Assembly (NCBI GenBank): GCA_036517375.1 | Contig: DATDWM010000017.1 | Coordinates: 3,208-67,207 of the forward strand | DNA: 64,000 nt | Direction of reading: 5' to 3' | Origin: Minisyncoccota bacterium | GTDB taxonomy: Bacteria > Patescibacteriota > Minisyncoccia > Phycocordibacterales > UBA9973 | In this document: positions 37,070 to 46,917 of the stretch, one piece after another | Position numbering within the stretch: the stretch's first letter is position 1 | Layout of the letters: the number at the start of each line of letters is the position of its first letter | Translations under genes and position numbers: made by a program | Notes under the pieces: generated by a model | Seen by the model: only the letters and a program-made list of their open reading frames with translations | Told to the model about the DNA's origin: nothing | The model's database searches: none

Positions 37070-38359
37070 TTACTTCTTCAAATACCCTTTTAAAAATCGC
37101 TCTTTTAGCTCATAGAAAGTGTCGTCTATGACAGCCTGGCGGATGTCCTTTACTAGGTTCACGATAAAGTAGAGGTTGTGAATGGAGGCCAGAGTGCCAG
37201 CCAGCATTTCCTTAGCATGAAAGAGGTGCGCGATGTAGGCCCGAGTGTAGTTAGTACAGCTATAACAGCCACAACCCTTTTCGATCGGAGTGAAATCACT
37301 TCTAAAAACCTTGTTCATAATTATGATCTTCCCCTCTTTAGTATAAATGGTGCCATTACGGCCCAGACGCGTCGGCGCCACACAGTCGAAGAGATCTACG
37401 CCATTCTCCACACCTTCAAATAAATCCTCGGGCTCGCCTATGCCAAGCAGATGCCGCGGCTTCCCCTCGGGCAGAATTTCATTTACCCATTTCACAGCAC
37501 TCGACATATCCTCCTTAGCAAAGGATCCGCCGATGCCATATCCATCAAAGTCTAAAGTTTTTAAAAACTCTGCGGATTTTTTCCTCAAATTTTCATCCCG
37601 CCCGCCTTGCACAATGCCGAAGAGGGCGGGAACGAAGCTTCCTCCGGTTTTTCTGAGTGAGGAATTCGGCTCGGCCGTACGTAGCGAGGAAAAATCGGAG
37701 GAAGCGGAAAGACGCTGGTGCTCAGCTAAGCTCCTCTCCGCCCAAGCGTGCGTACGATTGAGCGCCTCTTCCTGATATTTTAAATCTTCTGCTGGTGACG
37801 TACATTCGTCAAAAGCAAAAATTATATCCGCTCCCAGGTTGTGCTGAATTTGAATAGACTTCTCAGGAGTGATGTAATGAATAGAGCCGTCGAGATGCGA
37901 TTTGAAGGACACACCGTCCTGCCCTATTTTAGCCAAGCGTGGCGCAGCGCTATCATCAAAGCGTTCAGGTACCAAGAGCGATGGATCGATAATTTTTAAA
38001 ATTTTTGAAATATCTTTGCCGTAAGCTGCGCCTAAAGAGAAAACTTGGAACCCTCCAGAGTCCGTCATAGTGGGGCCAATATTTCCGTCCCCGCCACACC
38101 AGTTCATAAATTTACCAACGCCTCCAGCCTCTCTCACTAGTTCATCCCCAGGCTGTAAATATAAATGATAGGTATTGCCCAAAACGACTTCCGCGCCTAA
38201 GTCTCGAACCATGTCTGGAGTAAGAGATTTTACCGAAGACTTAGTTCCCACTGGAACAAAAGCCGGTGTATGAATAACTCCGTGTGGCGTCCGCAGAACC
38301 CCCGCACGGCCAAGACTACCTTTTAACTTTTTTTCTATTTCAAAAGAAAAATTTTCCAT
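37070..38359 (-). CDS. tgt: Queuine tRNA-ribosyltransferase with ~20-aa in-frame insertion
   Basis: FVPVGTKSSVKSL..LGNTYHL, zinc site CGCYSCTNYTRAYIAHL; extra segment relative to canonical Tgt between RS and ALFG. Confidence 0.85.
   Translation of the reverse strand: MENFSFEIEKKLKGSLGRAGVLRTPHGVIHTPAFVPVGTKSSVKSLTPDMVRDLGAEVVLGNTYHLYLQPGDELVREAGGVGKFMNWCGGDGNIGPTMTDSGGFQVFSLGAAYGKDISKILKIIDPSLLVPERFDDSAAPRLAKIGQDGVSFKSHLDGSIHYITPEKSIQIQHNLGADIIFAFDECTSPAEDLKYQEEALNRTHAWAERSLAEHQRLSASSDFSSLRTAEPNSSLRKTGGSFVPALFGIVQGGRDENLRKKSAEFLKTLDFDGYGIGGSFAKEDMSSAVKWVNEILPEGKPRHLLGIGEPEDLFEGVENGVDLFDCVAPTRLGRNGTIYTKEGKIIIMNKVFRSDFTPIEKGCGCYSCTNYTRAYIAHLFHAKEMLAGTLASIHNLYFIVNLVKDIRQAVIDDTFYELKERFLKGYLKK
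37648..37695. repeat. 48-bp GC-rich intragenic element, copy B (inside tgt, antisense to the gene, in frame)
   Basis: tttttctgagtgaggaattcggctcggccgtacgtagcgaggaaaaat flanked by 9-bp inverted repeat CTTCCTCCG/CGGAGGAAG. Confidence 0.65.
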
Positions 38360-39162
38360 TAAATTTCCACTTCCACAAATTTTAACTCCTGAATATTTAC
38401 TGGACTCGCAAGCAATGCTTTTGTAAAGGAGTCTCTAGGGTCAGAGAGAATAGTTTCCACCACTCCCAGCACATACGGCGTGATCCCCGGCAGAACAACT
38501 GTGTCCCCCTTCGAAATTATAAAATCTCTAGGCACAATCATTTCGAAATTCCCTCCCCCTCGCCCAACCACTGAAATGAAAGCACCATCACTTGCTATTA
38601 CTACTTCTGTTTTCTCGCCCGGATTCGTAAATAAAATTACCTTAGATGAAAATGGATTCACCTCGCCTACCCGCCCGATCGGCACGTTACCTAATGCAAA
38701 AACCAAATTCCCCACAGCAATATTTTTATTCTGATTATTGCTACTGCCCACATCGATGATTAGAGTGTCGTAGGGGCTCCGGTTCGGCTTGGCTAGGATA
38801 GCCGAGAGGAGCAAGTTCTGATTTTCGGTTTTTCGGCCCAATGCTTCCTTAAAAGAAATATTTTCCGCTACTGTGGCATGATAGTTCGACATTTCCGCAT
38901 CTCTTTGAGCTAATTCGGATTTTAAATTTTCATTTTCCTCTGACAGGGATTTCTTTGACGAAAAGTAAGAGAAAAACCCACCAAGCTTCCCCCCGACACT
39001 ATTACCGGCTACAAAGACAGGTCTTAGTGTAGTACTACTTACATAGGAAAGCGCAGAGAAAATACTAGACCTAAAATAAATCAAAATAAGAAAAAACAAA
39101 ACACCGAAAACGATGCTATAGGTTTTCTTCTTTCGTGTTTTTTTATCTTGGAGGTAGCTCAT
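38359..39162 (-). CDS. mreC: Rod shape-determining protein MreC
   Basis: N-terminal TM, coiled coil, beta-rich C-domain; immediately downstream of mreB with overlap. Confidence 0.7.
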   Translation of the reverse strand: MSYLQDKKTRKKKTYSIVFGVLFFLILIYFRSSIFSALSYVSSTTLRPVFVAGNSVGGKLGGFFSYFSSKKSLSEENENLKSELAQRDAEMSNYHATVAENISFKEALGRKTENQNLLLSAILAKPNRSPYDTLIIDVGSSNNQNKNIAVGNLVFALGNVPIGRVGEVNPFSSKVILFTNPGEKTEVVIASDGAFISVVGRGGGNFEMIVPRDFIISKGDTVVLPGITPYVLGVVETILSDPRDSFTKALLASPVNIQELKFVEVEI

Positions 39163-40189
39163 CTTGATTCTTGATCAAAACATCCCGATAGGACTCTAGG
39201 TCGTCTAATATTACTCCTGTTCCGCGCGCCACAGCCGAGAGCGGGTCATCCACCACGTAGACAGGAATCTTGAGCACACTCCCGAGCAGCTGGTCGAGCC
39301 CCGGTAGAAGAGCGCCACCTCCCGAGAGAGTGATACCGCGATGCATAATGTCGGAGAGAATTTCAGGTGGAGTTGTTTCTAGCGTGTCTTTGACCCCGTT
39401 TACCAGCTCCCGAACAGAAGTTGAGATTGCCTCCCTCACATCTGAGTCCGTCACCACCACTTCCCGTGGAAGCCCTGTTAGTAAATCCCGGCCGTGGACT
39501 TCCGTCTCCATATACTCTCCCGGAATTACCGAACCGATAGCTATTTTAATATTTTCCGCAGTTCGCTCGCCGATAAGTATTTTAAATTCATCTCGCATGT
39601 AACTCATGATGTCATTGTTTAGTCGGTCTCCCGCTATTTTTAAATTCTTTGATTTCACAATGCCGCCTAAAGATATAACCGCAATGTCCGTGGTTCCTCC
39701 ACCGATGTCTATAATCATAGAACCTACTGGGTCCTGTATCGGCATCCGTACGCCGATTGCTGCGGCCATGGGTTCCTCCACTAGATAAACCGCGCGAGCA
39801 CCGGCCGAGCGAGCCGCATCATATACTGCGCGAGTCTCTACGTTGGTGGTGCCAGAAGGCACTCCCACCACTACTCTGGGCTTGCCTAACTTCTTGGATA
39901 TTTTATCCGCCTTGCCGATAAGGTAAGAGAGCATTTCTTCCGTTACTTCGAAATCTGAAATAACTCCGTCCACCAGAGGGCGTATCGCCCGGATGTGCCC
40001 CGGTGTCCGCCCCAGCATTTCTTTAGCCTTCATGCCGACAGCTAGAACTTGATTTGTCTTAATGTTAACTGCCACCACGGAAGGCTCGTTAATAACGATG
40101 CCGTGACCTTTCAAGTAGACTAAGGTATTAGAAGTACCCAAGTCTATACCTATATCGTTTGAAATTAATTTATAAAATTTTTTAAACAT
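39143..40189 (-). CDS. mreB: Rod shape-determining protein MreB (actin-like)
   Basis: IGIDLGTSNTLVY phosphate-1 motif, 348 aa. Confidence 0.9.
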   Translation of the reverse strand: MFKKFYKLISNDIGIDLGTSNTLVYLKGHGIVINEPSVVAVNIKTNQVLAVGMKAKEMLGRTPGHIRAIRPLVDGVISDFEVTEEMLSYLIGKADKISKKLGKPRVVVGVPSGTTNVETRAVYDAARSAGARAVYLVEEPMAAAIGVRMPIQDPVGSMIIDIGGGTTDIAVISLGGIVKSKNLKIAGDRLNNDIMSYMRDEFKILIGERTAENIKIAIGSVIPGEYMETEVHGRDLLTGLPREVVVTDSDVREAISTSVRELVNGVKDTLETTPPEILSDIMHRGITLSGGGALLPGLDQLLGSVLKIPVYVVDDPLSAVARGTGVILDDLESYRDVLIKNQDELPPR

Positions 40190-40209
40190 TTTAAATTAGG
40201 TGCTAGGTG

Positions 40210-41499
40210 CTAGCTTCTAGGTTTTAGTAAACTCAGCAATTCAGCCAAAGACACTATTTTCCCTTTTTCTTCCACACGTTTTTTTATTTCGATTCCGCCC
40301 CCCGCCCCAGCGGATAAATCCTTAATACTCCTCGCGGATACTACCGCCCGAAGCGGTATGCCTAACAAGTCCGAATCAGCAAACTTCTCCCCCGGCATTA
40401 CTCCCGTGCGGTCGTCAAATAGTACTTCAATATTATTTTTTACTAAATTATTGTAAATATTTTCCGCTTCTTTTGAGACCTCTCCGTCTTCACCTAAGAC
40501 CAGTAGATGCACCGCAAACGGCGCAATAGCTTCCGGCCAGATAATACCCTTATCATCAGAGAGAACCTCAACCACCGTGCCCATGAGCCGTCCTAGGCCT
40601 ATACCGTAGCAACCCATTAAAACTTCGTGCTTTTCCCCCTTGGGGTCCGTAAAAGACAAGTCAAAAGGCTTGGAATATTTAGTCTTAAGATCAAAGATAT
40701 TCCCTACTTCTATCGCTTTATGCTCCACTAACTTTTCTTTATTTAAGGACAGCAACCCGAGAACTTCGTCGTTATAGACTTCCTTGTTCACTGCCACGGA
40801 ACTTGCCTCATCAACATAAATGGTGTCCTCACCCGCCGGAGTGATAGTCTGAAATTCGTGAGAATATTTTGCGAAAGTTCCACCAGAAGCAAAAGTAAGA
40901 TAGGTCAAGTGTCCGATGCCCACGCGAGTAAAAATATTTTTATATACTTCTTTCATTTTTTCGTAGAATTTTTCAAAATCTTCCTGCGAAGCATGGAAAG
41001 AATACATATCTTTCATAAAAAATTCCCGTCCTCGCAAAATACCAGACTTGGCCCGAAGTTCGTTTCGGAATTTGGTCTGAAATTGATAAACCGACAGTGG
41101 CAGATCCTTGTATGAAGAAATAAAACCGGTAAGTAAATTTACTAAGGGTTCTTCGTGTGAAAAACCTAGCCCTAGTTCCGCATCATTTTTTAATTTTGTT
41201 TTAAACCAGTTGTCTACCACATCATCACTCCAGCGATCCGTCTTTTTAAAGAGTTCTGGATTTTGAAGCGCAGTCAGTGACACCTCCTGCCCTCCCGCCT
41301 TATTCATTTCTTCACGGACAATGCCTTCAATTTTATTGAGCACCCGAAGCCCTAAGGGTAGATAGTCATAAACCCCTGCCATTTCCTTGTTAATAAAGCC
41401 TCCCCGGATTAGAAGTTCGGCGTTTTTGGACACCTCATCGCTAGGGGCTTCTTTTTTGGTTTTAGTGAAAAGGCGGGATTGTTTCATAACGTCCATCAT
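40210..41499 (-). CDS. proS: Prolyl-tRNA synthetase (short form lacking editing domain)
   Basis: N-terminal region collinear with ProRS (…GGFINKEMAGVYDYLPLGLRVLNKIEGIVREEM…); class II motifs; 429 aa. Confidence 0.8.
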   Translation of the reverse strand: MMDVMKQSRLFTKTKKEAPSDEVSKNAELLIRGGFINKEMAGVYDYLPLGLRVLNKIEGIVREEMNKAGGQEVSLTALQNPELFKKTDRWSDDVVDNWFKTKLKNDAELGLGFSHEEPLVNLLTGFISSYKDLPLSVYQFQTKFRNELRAKSGILRGREFFMKDMYSFHASQEDFEKFYEKMKEVYKNIFTRVGIGHLTYLTFASGGTFAKYSHEFQTITPAGEDTIYVDEASSVAVNKEVYNDEVLGLLSLNKEKLVEHKAIEVGNIFDLKTKYSKPFDLSFTDPKGEKHEVLMGCYGIGLGRLMGTVVEVLSDDKGIIWPEAIAPFAVHLLVLGEDGEVSKEAENIYNNLVKNNIEVLFDDRTGVMPGEKFADSDLLGIPLRAVVSARSIKDLSAGAGGGIEIKKRVEEKGKIVSLAELLSLLKPRS

Positions 41500-41567
41500 A
41501 CCCCTAAAAAGTTATTTGGTCAAAAAACTCAAAAGAAAAGAGTCTAAAGACACCACCTCCAAACAAG

Positions 41568-42356
41568 TTGCAAAAGGCAGAACTTTCTGTTAATATGATA
41601 CCTATGCAGAAAATCAAAACCACAGCAAAAACAGCCGACGCTCAAATTGAAGAGATGTTTGGCGCGGGGGTACATTATGGCTATTCGAAGACTCGAAGGC
41701 ACCCTTCTGTGTCTACTTATATATATGCAACCAAAAATAAAGGCGACATCATAAACCTAGAGATGACTGGAGAGATGCTCGCCCGCGCAGTAGAGTTCGT
41801 AAAGGACTTGGGCGCTCGAAACAAGGTACTGCTTTTCGTAGGTACCAAGCCTGAAGCCAAGAACGCGGTAAGGAATGGCGCGGAATCCTTAAATATGCCC
41901 TACGTAGTAGAGCGCTGGATTGGGGGCACTATTTCTAACTTCTCTGAAATAAAAAAGAGAATCAACGAACTTGAGAACTACCGCAAGGATAGCTCTCTCG
42001 GAAACTTGGATAAATATACCAAGAAGGAACGTGTAGTCATGGCTAAAAAAATGGAAAAGCTCGCAAAGTACTACGGCGGACTTATCGGACTCAAGAAGAC
42101 ACCAGATGCAATGTTCATAGTAGATGGAAGGAATGAACACATTGCTCTTACTGAAGCCCAGAAGGGTGATGCAACTGTTATTTCCCTAGTGAACTCTGAT
42201 TCTAATATCAAAGGCATAGACTACCCGATACTAGGCAATGATGCTTCTGTCCCTTCTATCAACCTCTTCACCGCAGCTATTGTGAACGCCTACAAAGAAG
42301 GTCAGATGTCTGTACCTGCTAAGAAAGAAGAGGTTAAAGAAACTAAGAAAGCTTAA
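41568..42356 (+). CDS. rpsB: 30S ribosomal protein S2
   Basis: MFGAGVHYGYSKTRRHPS... S2 signature; followed by tsf. Confidence 0.9.
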   Translation: MQKAELSVNMIPMQKIKTTAKTADAQIEEMFGAGVHYGYSKTRRHPSVSTYIYATKNKGDIINLEMTGEMLARAVEFVKDLGARNKVLLFVGTKPEAKNAVRNGAESLNMPYVVERWIGGTISNFSEIKKRINELENYRKDSSLGNLDKYTKKERVVMAKKMEKLAKYYGGLIGLKKTPDAMFIVDGRNEHIALTEAQKGDATVISLVNSDSNIKGIDYPILGNDASVPSINLFTAAIVNAYKEGQMSVPAKKEEVKETKKA

Positions 42357-42362
42357 TAAAAT

Positions 42363-43142
42363 ATGTCTCTCCCTATAACAACTGAGTTAATAAAGGAACT
42401 TAGAGATGCAACTGGCATTTCAGTTATGCAATGCAAGCGCGCCTTAGAAGAAGCGGAGGGCGACATGAATAAGGCTTTAGCCATATTGAAGAAGACAAGT
42501 TCTGACATCGCGCTTAAGAAAGCTGGCCGCGAAGCTAATGATGGTGCCGTGATGATAAAAGGCAATGCCAACAAGTCCGTACTTGTATCACTCCATTGTG
42601 AAACTGATTTCGTTTCCCGAAACGAGGACTTTACGAACCTTCTCTCTACCCTCTCCGACAAAGCTCTAGATAGTGGGATAGAAAATATGCAGAACGCTTC
42701 CAAAGAAATGATTGATCCTATAATCCAGAAGACAGGTGAAAACATTCAGTTGGGAGACGTATATGAAGTGGAAGGCAATGTGCTTGGAAACTACGTCCAC
42801 AACAACAAGATGGCGGTCATAGTATCTCTCGAAGGCGGCACTCCAGAGCTCGCGCGTGATATAGCTATGCATATCACTGCAATGAAACCAGAATACATAA
42901 ACGCAGATGAAATAAACGAAGAATCCAGGAAAACGATTACTGAAGTTTTCGAAAAGGAGGTAGCCAGCATAAATAAACCAGAAGAGATAAAGAAGAAGAT
43001 GCTAGAAGGTAAAATAAATACTTATTTCAAAGAAAAGACTCTGCTCGAACAGCCATTCATAAAAAACGGAGATGAAACGATAGCTAAGCTTCTAGAGAAA
43101 AACAAAGCCAAGATAATTCTGGTAAAACGATATTCTATTTAA
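42363..43142 (+). CDS. tsf: Elongation factor Ts
   Basis: LIKELRDATGISVMQCKRALEEAEGDMNKALAILKK UBA-like N-terminus of EF-Ts. Confidence 0.9.
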   Translation: MSLPITTELIKELRDATGISVMQCKRALEEAEGDMNKALAILKKTSSDIALKKAGREANDGAVMIKGNANKSVLVSLHCETDFVSRNEDFTNLLSTLSDKALDSGIENMQNASKEMIDPIIQKTGENIQLGDVYEVEGNVLGNYVHNNKMAVIVSLEGGTPELARDIAMHITAMKPEYINADEINEESRKTITEVFEKEVASINKPEEIKKKMLEGKINTYFKEKTLLEQPFIKNGDETIAKLLEKNKAKIILVKRYSI

Positions 43143-43174
43143 TCTGGACGGTAACTGTGTTTTAAATAAATGAT

Positions 43175-43582
43175 ATGTATATAATATTAATTTTATTTTT
43201 TGTTTCTCTGGCCTCTATCATCTTCATGATTGGACGGAAGTTGGTATTGGTTAAGGGTGGACATGTGGCAGAAACAGAACACTCACACATCTTCGTACCG
43301 GATATTGAAAAAATTAAACAAGTCACCACTGTTCATGCTAAAAAATATGGATACGCGGCCCTAGTCACTACCCTCAGGCTTTATATCAAGTCTTCGAACA
43401 TTCTGAAAGACAAATATAATAAATTAAGAACGAAAATCAAAGAAAGGAGAAATAGAAATAAAGGCGATGCGGAAATAATCCTAGAAGAGCAAAAAGCCAA
43501 CAAGTTTCTAAAAATGATTTCAGACTACAAGCACAAGATCCGGGAGATAAAGCACAAGATCAAGAGAGAAGAAGATAAGTAG
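43175..43582 (+). CDS. Hypothetical small membrane protein with basic tail
   Basis: N-terminal TM, Lys/Arg-rich C-terminus. Confidence 0.4.
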   Translation: MYIILILFFVSLASIIFMIGRKLVLVKGGHVAETEHSHIFVPDIEKIKQVTTVHAKKYGYAALVTTLRLYIKSSNILKDKYNKLRTKIKERRNRNKGDAEIILEEQKANKFLKMISDYKHKIREIKHKIKREEDK

Positions 43583-43629
43583 AACAAATTTGGAAAGTGT
43601 GTTAGTGTCTTTAAGTAATAAAAAATATC

Positions 43630-43702
43630 GCCGGAATAGCTCAGTTGGTAGAGCAACGCTTTTGTAAAGCGAAGGTCGTGGGTTCGAATCCCTCTTCCGG
43701 CT
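43630..43702 (+). tRNA. tRNA-Thr (anticodon TGT)
   Basis: Acceptor GCCGGAA/TTCCGGC, D-arm GCTC-AGTTGGTA-GAGC, anticodon loop TTTGTAA, T-loop TTCGAAT. Confidence 0.8.
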
Positions 43703-43708
43703 CCGCAA

Positions 43709-44353
43709 TTAAAGTGAGATTTTGATGCACATTTCTCCGAGTGAGGTTGTCTGGTAACTTGGCAGGATAGACGGCCAACCACCTTCGTTTCCTCTGGCAT
43801 TGCCTGTTGAAAGGTCACCATCATCCAAAATGGCGTCAATCTGCTCTAAAGCGCTTACTGGTACCTGTCCACCGTTGTCCGAGGCAGAAGTACCCGGACG
43901 GTCGTCGTTCAAAAAAATACAATAGTCATAAGTACCATCCCCGTCCCAATCCAACGGATTAGTACTGTCACCATTCTCAAATCCAATTTGACCTTTCCAT
44001 GGATGAGAAAGATTGTAAAGGCCCAGATAGGGTCCGTTCCACCCAGGCACTCCTAAACTTCTTAAGAATGGATCATCAGCATCTGTTGAACACGAATATC
44101 CTGCCAAGCAGGTAGGAGGATATTCTCCGGTATCTAAAAGATAAAGATATATGCTTTTCTGCACCTCGCGAACCTGCGATACCACCGCTGCCACTTTCCC
44201 CTTCTCCCGGGACGGACTTAAAGCTATCACGACGACGCTTGCCAGTATGCCAATGATTGCAACTACCACTAAAAGCTCAATGAGCGTGAACCCGAATGCT
44301 GTCGTTTTCTCGGCAGTTTTTGTTTTCTTGTTCAGGCACACTATTTCACTCAT
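43709..44353 (-). CDS. Type IV pilin / pseudopilin-like protein
   Basis: Class III signal peptide: charged leader then G-FTLIELLVVVAIIGILA methylation motif. Confidence 0.7.
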   Translation of the reverse strand: MSEIVCLNKKTKTAEKTTAFGFTLIELLVVVAIIGILASVVVIALSPSREKGKVAAVVSQVREVQKSIYLYLLDTGEYPPTCLAGYSCSTDADDPFLRSLGVPGWNGPYLGLYNLSHPWKGQIGFENGDSTNPLDWDGDGTYDYCIFLNDDRPGTSASDNGGQVPVSALEQIDAILDDGDLSTGNARGNEGGWPSILPSYQTTSLGEMCIKISL

Positions 44354-44459
44354 AACTTTAAGTTACACTATTAAGAAATTATTGTCTAGTGATAAAACAA
44401 GACGCTCCTTAATTAAAATCTATTGAAAAGTGTTAAGAAGTGTACGTGGAAATCTAGAC

Positions 44460-45179
44460 CTAAAAATTCTTTTTGTTTGTCTCTGTTGCAGGTAATGTTT
44501 CTTCGGGTAATGTCTCTTGAAGTTTGAAGGACTCTTTTATCTGAGATTCAAGTTCATCTATTCCATGAAAACCGGTCAATACATCGCCATCTACCACCAG
44601 GGCCGGCAGGACTGTGTCTTTTATTTTGTATATTTGTAGCATAGCTTTAACCGCAGAGAGGTCCGTGCTGTAGTCAAAGGAGTACACTCGAAGCTCCGGA
44701 TACTTATTTCGAAGAGCGGAAAGAACTATCCCCTGTTGCTGGCACTCACTGCAATTCTCGGCCGTAGTATAAAAATAAAGTATAAAAGCAGACTTGACCT
44801 TACAGCGTTCACTTATTCTTTTCATTAGAAGATAATCCTTAATTTGTAGAAGTGAATAATACTTTCGAAGATAGGACACTTCCTCGGTGGCGCCAAGGTT
44901 GCTCTCACCCCATTCGAGCTTGCCGCCTAACTCCCTTAACTCCGGAGAGAGAGCGCCATCAGAAATATTCTTACAAGAGAGCTCCGAGAGCAGAGAGAAC
45001 TGCGTTTCAGAAGAGAGTATGTCGATAGCTATTTTATCTTGAATGGCTTTCAACTGATCAATCTTTTTATCACCGAAATAATTGCTGACATAGCTCGCAG
45101 ATAGAAAAAGCCCCAAAGTAATAGCGAACACAATTAAATATTTCTTCCAATCAATATTATTATTCATATTTATCTCCAA
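44460..45179 (-). CDS. Membrane-anchored hypothetical protein with CxxC motif (thioredoxin-like?)
   Basis: N-terminal TM; ENCSEC motif. Confidence 0.4.
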   Translation of the reverse strand: MEINMNNNIDWKKYLIVFAITLGLFLSASYVSNYFGDKKIDQLKAIQDKIAIDILSSETQFSLLSELSCKNISDGALSPELRELGGKLEWGESNLGATEEVSYLRKYYSLLQIKDYLLMKRISERCKVKSAFILYFYTTAENCSECQQQGIVLSALRNKYPELRVYSFDYSTDLSAVKAMLQIYKIKDTVLPALVVDGDVLTGFHGIDELESQIKESFKLQETLPEETLPATETNKKNF

Positions 45180-46423
45180 GCAGGAGTTCTGGATATTAAT
45201 GTATTATAGACTGCATTCATTATCCAAAATGGAGCAATGAAACTAAAAACTACAAAATAATAAATTACTTGATACGGGAAGCCCCACTTTTCCTTAGTCC
45301 CTCGAGTCATCTGCTTTCCGAAAATTATCGCAAAAATAACCATACTATAAGCTCCAATAGTAACAATGAAGGATGTCTGTGTATTTATGAAAAAGAAATC
45401 GAAGTTACCAGGCCAGCCACTAAAATGGAAACCGATAATCTGATACTCCAATATTTTTGAATATATAAACTGTCCGATATTGTAAAGACCGCTAAAGAAA
45501 ACATAGACAACTGCGAGAACTGTAAGCGAACCAGTCGGCAGAGTAAAGAGGGAAAAGTTTCCATACTTTCTGTCTAAAACTATTGCCCGATAGTCTAGGG
45601 TGTTGTTAATAAAACCGTAGATCCAGCGCAACCTTTGTTTAAAAAGTTTATTCAAAGCCACTGGTGTGTTGGTGTATACATAGGCGTCATTACAATGTTC
45701 TATCTTGTAATGATTCTTCTGCATTCTGTACGCTATCTCCATGTCTTCAGTGTTGTGCGCATGTTTGTAAGGACCTAAATCGTCGAAGACCTTTTTCCGG
45801 AAAATAGTAAAGGGTCCAGGGGTCACGTTGATTGCCCCCAAGAAGCCAAGCATTTTCTTAAAATAAATACCCATGTTGTACTCCACCCTCTGAGCATTCT
45901 GGAGTATTCCCTTGGGCTCATTCACGACAACTGCCGGAGCCACTGCCATAATGCTCGCGTCTTTTTCAAAATAGGTAAAGATGCGGCGCAAGGCTTCCTT
46001 GTCGACTATGGAATCTGCGTCCAAACAACCCACAAATTCGGTTTCCGTATTTTCAAGTCCGAAGTTTAAGGCAGTATATTTGCCTCCGTTTTCTTTGTGG
46101 AATATTTTAATATTTGCATACTTTTCGAATTTTTCGATGATATGCCAAGTACCGTCTGTCGAACCATCGTCAATCAAGAAAAATGTAATTTTGTCTTTTG
46201 GGTAATTAAGATTTAAAAGAGAACGAATGGTTTTATAAATTGTTGTCTCTTCATTCCAGCAAGGCACTATAATAGTCACGCGCGGGTACCGGGACAGCAC
46301 TACTTCTCGATCTCGAATAAATATTTTCTTCCTATTTTGGAGGAAAGTAACGAGGAAGAAAACCTGCACGTAGACAGAGGTAAAAATTACTATATAAAAT
46401 ATTGCGCTGGTAATAAAAGTCAT
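45170..46423 (-). CDS. Family 2 glycosyltransferase, processive membrane synthase type
   Basis: VTIIVPCWNEE, IDDGSTDGT, QRLRWIYG (QxxRW) motifs; multiple TM; start trimmed to avoid overlap with DUF378 gene. Confidence 0.75.
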   Translation of the reverse strand: MTFITSAIFYIVIFTSVYVQVFFLVTFLQNRKKIFIRDREVVLSRYPRVTIIVPCWNEETTIYKTIRSLLNLNYPKDKITFFLIDDGSTDGTWHIIEKFEKYANIKIFHKENGGKYTALNFGLENTETEFVGCLDADSIVDKEALRRIFTYFEKDASIMAVAPAVVVNEPKGILQNAQRVEYNMGIYFKKMLGFLGAINVTPGPFTIFRKKVFDDLGPYKHAHNTEDMEIAYRMQKNHYKIEHCNDAYVYTNTPVALNKLFKQRLRWIYGFINNTLDYRAIVLDRKYGNFSLFTLPTGSLTVLAVVYVFFSGLYNIGQFIYSKILEYQIIGFHFSGWPGNFDFFFINTQTSFIVTIGAYSMVIFAIIFGKQMTRGTKEKWGFPYQVIYYFVVFSFIAPFWIMNAVYNTLISRTPAWR

Positions 46424-46523
46424 AATATATAGCTTAAATATATCATTTTTAGCCCAAAAAGCAAACCCCTCAGGCGGACTGAAGGGGCGCTTTAAGGCTC
46501 TAATAGAACTTACCGTAACCTTA

Positions 46524-46790
46524 TTACATATTACTAGCTGTGTTGCTGGCGCCACTCGATGGAGCTATGCAGTTGGTGCAGACTCCAACCTTACACTTCT
46601 TGCATGGGCAACCAAATATCTTAAACACGGCCGCCACTCCCACAAGAATGTATACTACTGCCTCAACTGTAGGCATAGAACCCAAAAGTAGATATACAAC
46701 GTTCCAGTCAGAGTTCATGAGCATTCCAACCCCCACCAAACCCCAATTTAATCCTCCGATGACTAACAAGATTTTACCAATCTTAGACAT
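46524..46790 (-). CDS. DUF378-family small membrane protein with Cys-rich tail
   Basis: IGGLNWGLVG motif; C-terminal GCPCKKCKVGVCTNC. Confidence 0.55.
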   Translation of the reverse strand: MSKIGKILLVIGGLNWGLVGVGMLMNSDWNVVYLLLGSMPTVEAVVYILVGVAAVFKIFGCPCKKCKVGVCTNCIAPSSGASNTASNM

Positions 46791-46917
46791 TAGACATCGC
46801 TCTTTGTGACAACAACTTTCGTTCATCATAAATTTTTTAATTAATTGTTAATAACAGAATTATAGCATAACTATAAAAAATGCTATAATACAGGAATTAG
46901 TAAATAAATATAAAAAT

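Noticed and set aside
37347-37775. 142-aa plus-strand ORF inside tgt
   Set aside because: It is antisense to a well-supported Tgt gene and exists because the intragenic repeat keeps both strands open. It is useful only as a marker of the element.
43520-43839. Two minus-strand ORFs (62 and 104 aa) overlapping tRNA-Thr
   Set aside because: They run antisense through a well-formed tRNA and the pilin gene's downstream region, with no support.
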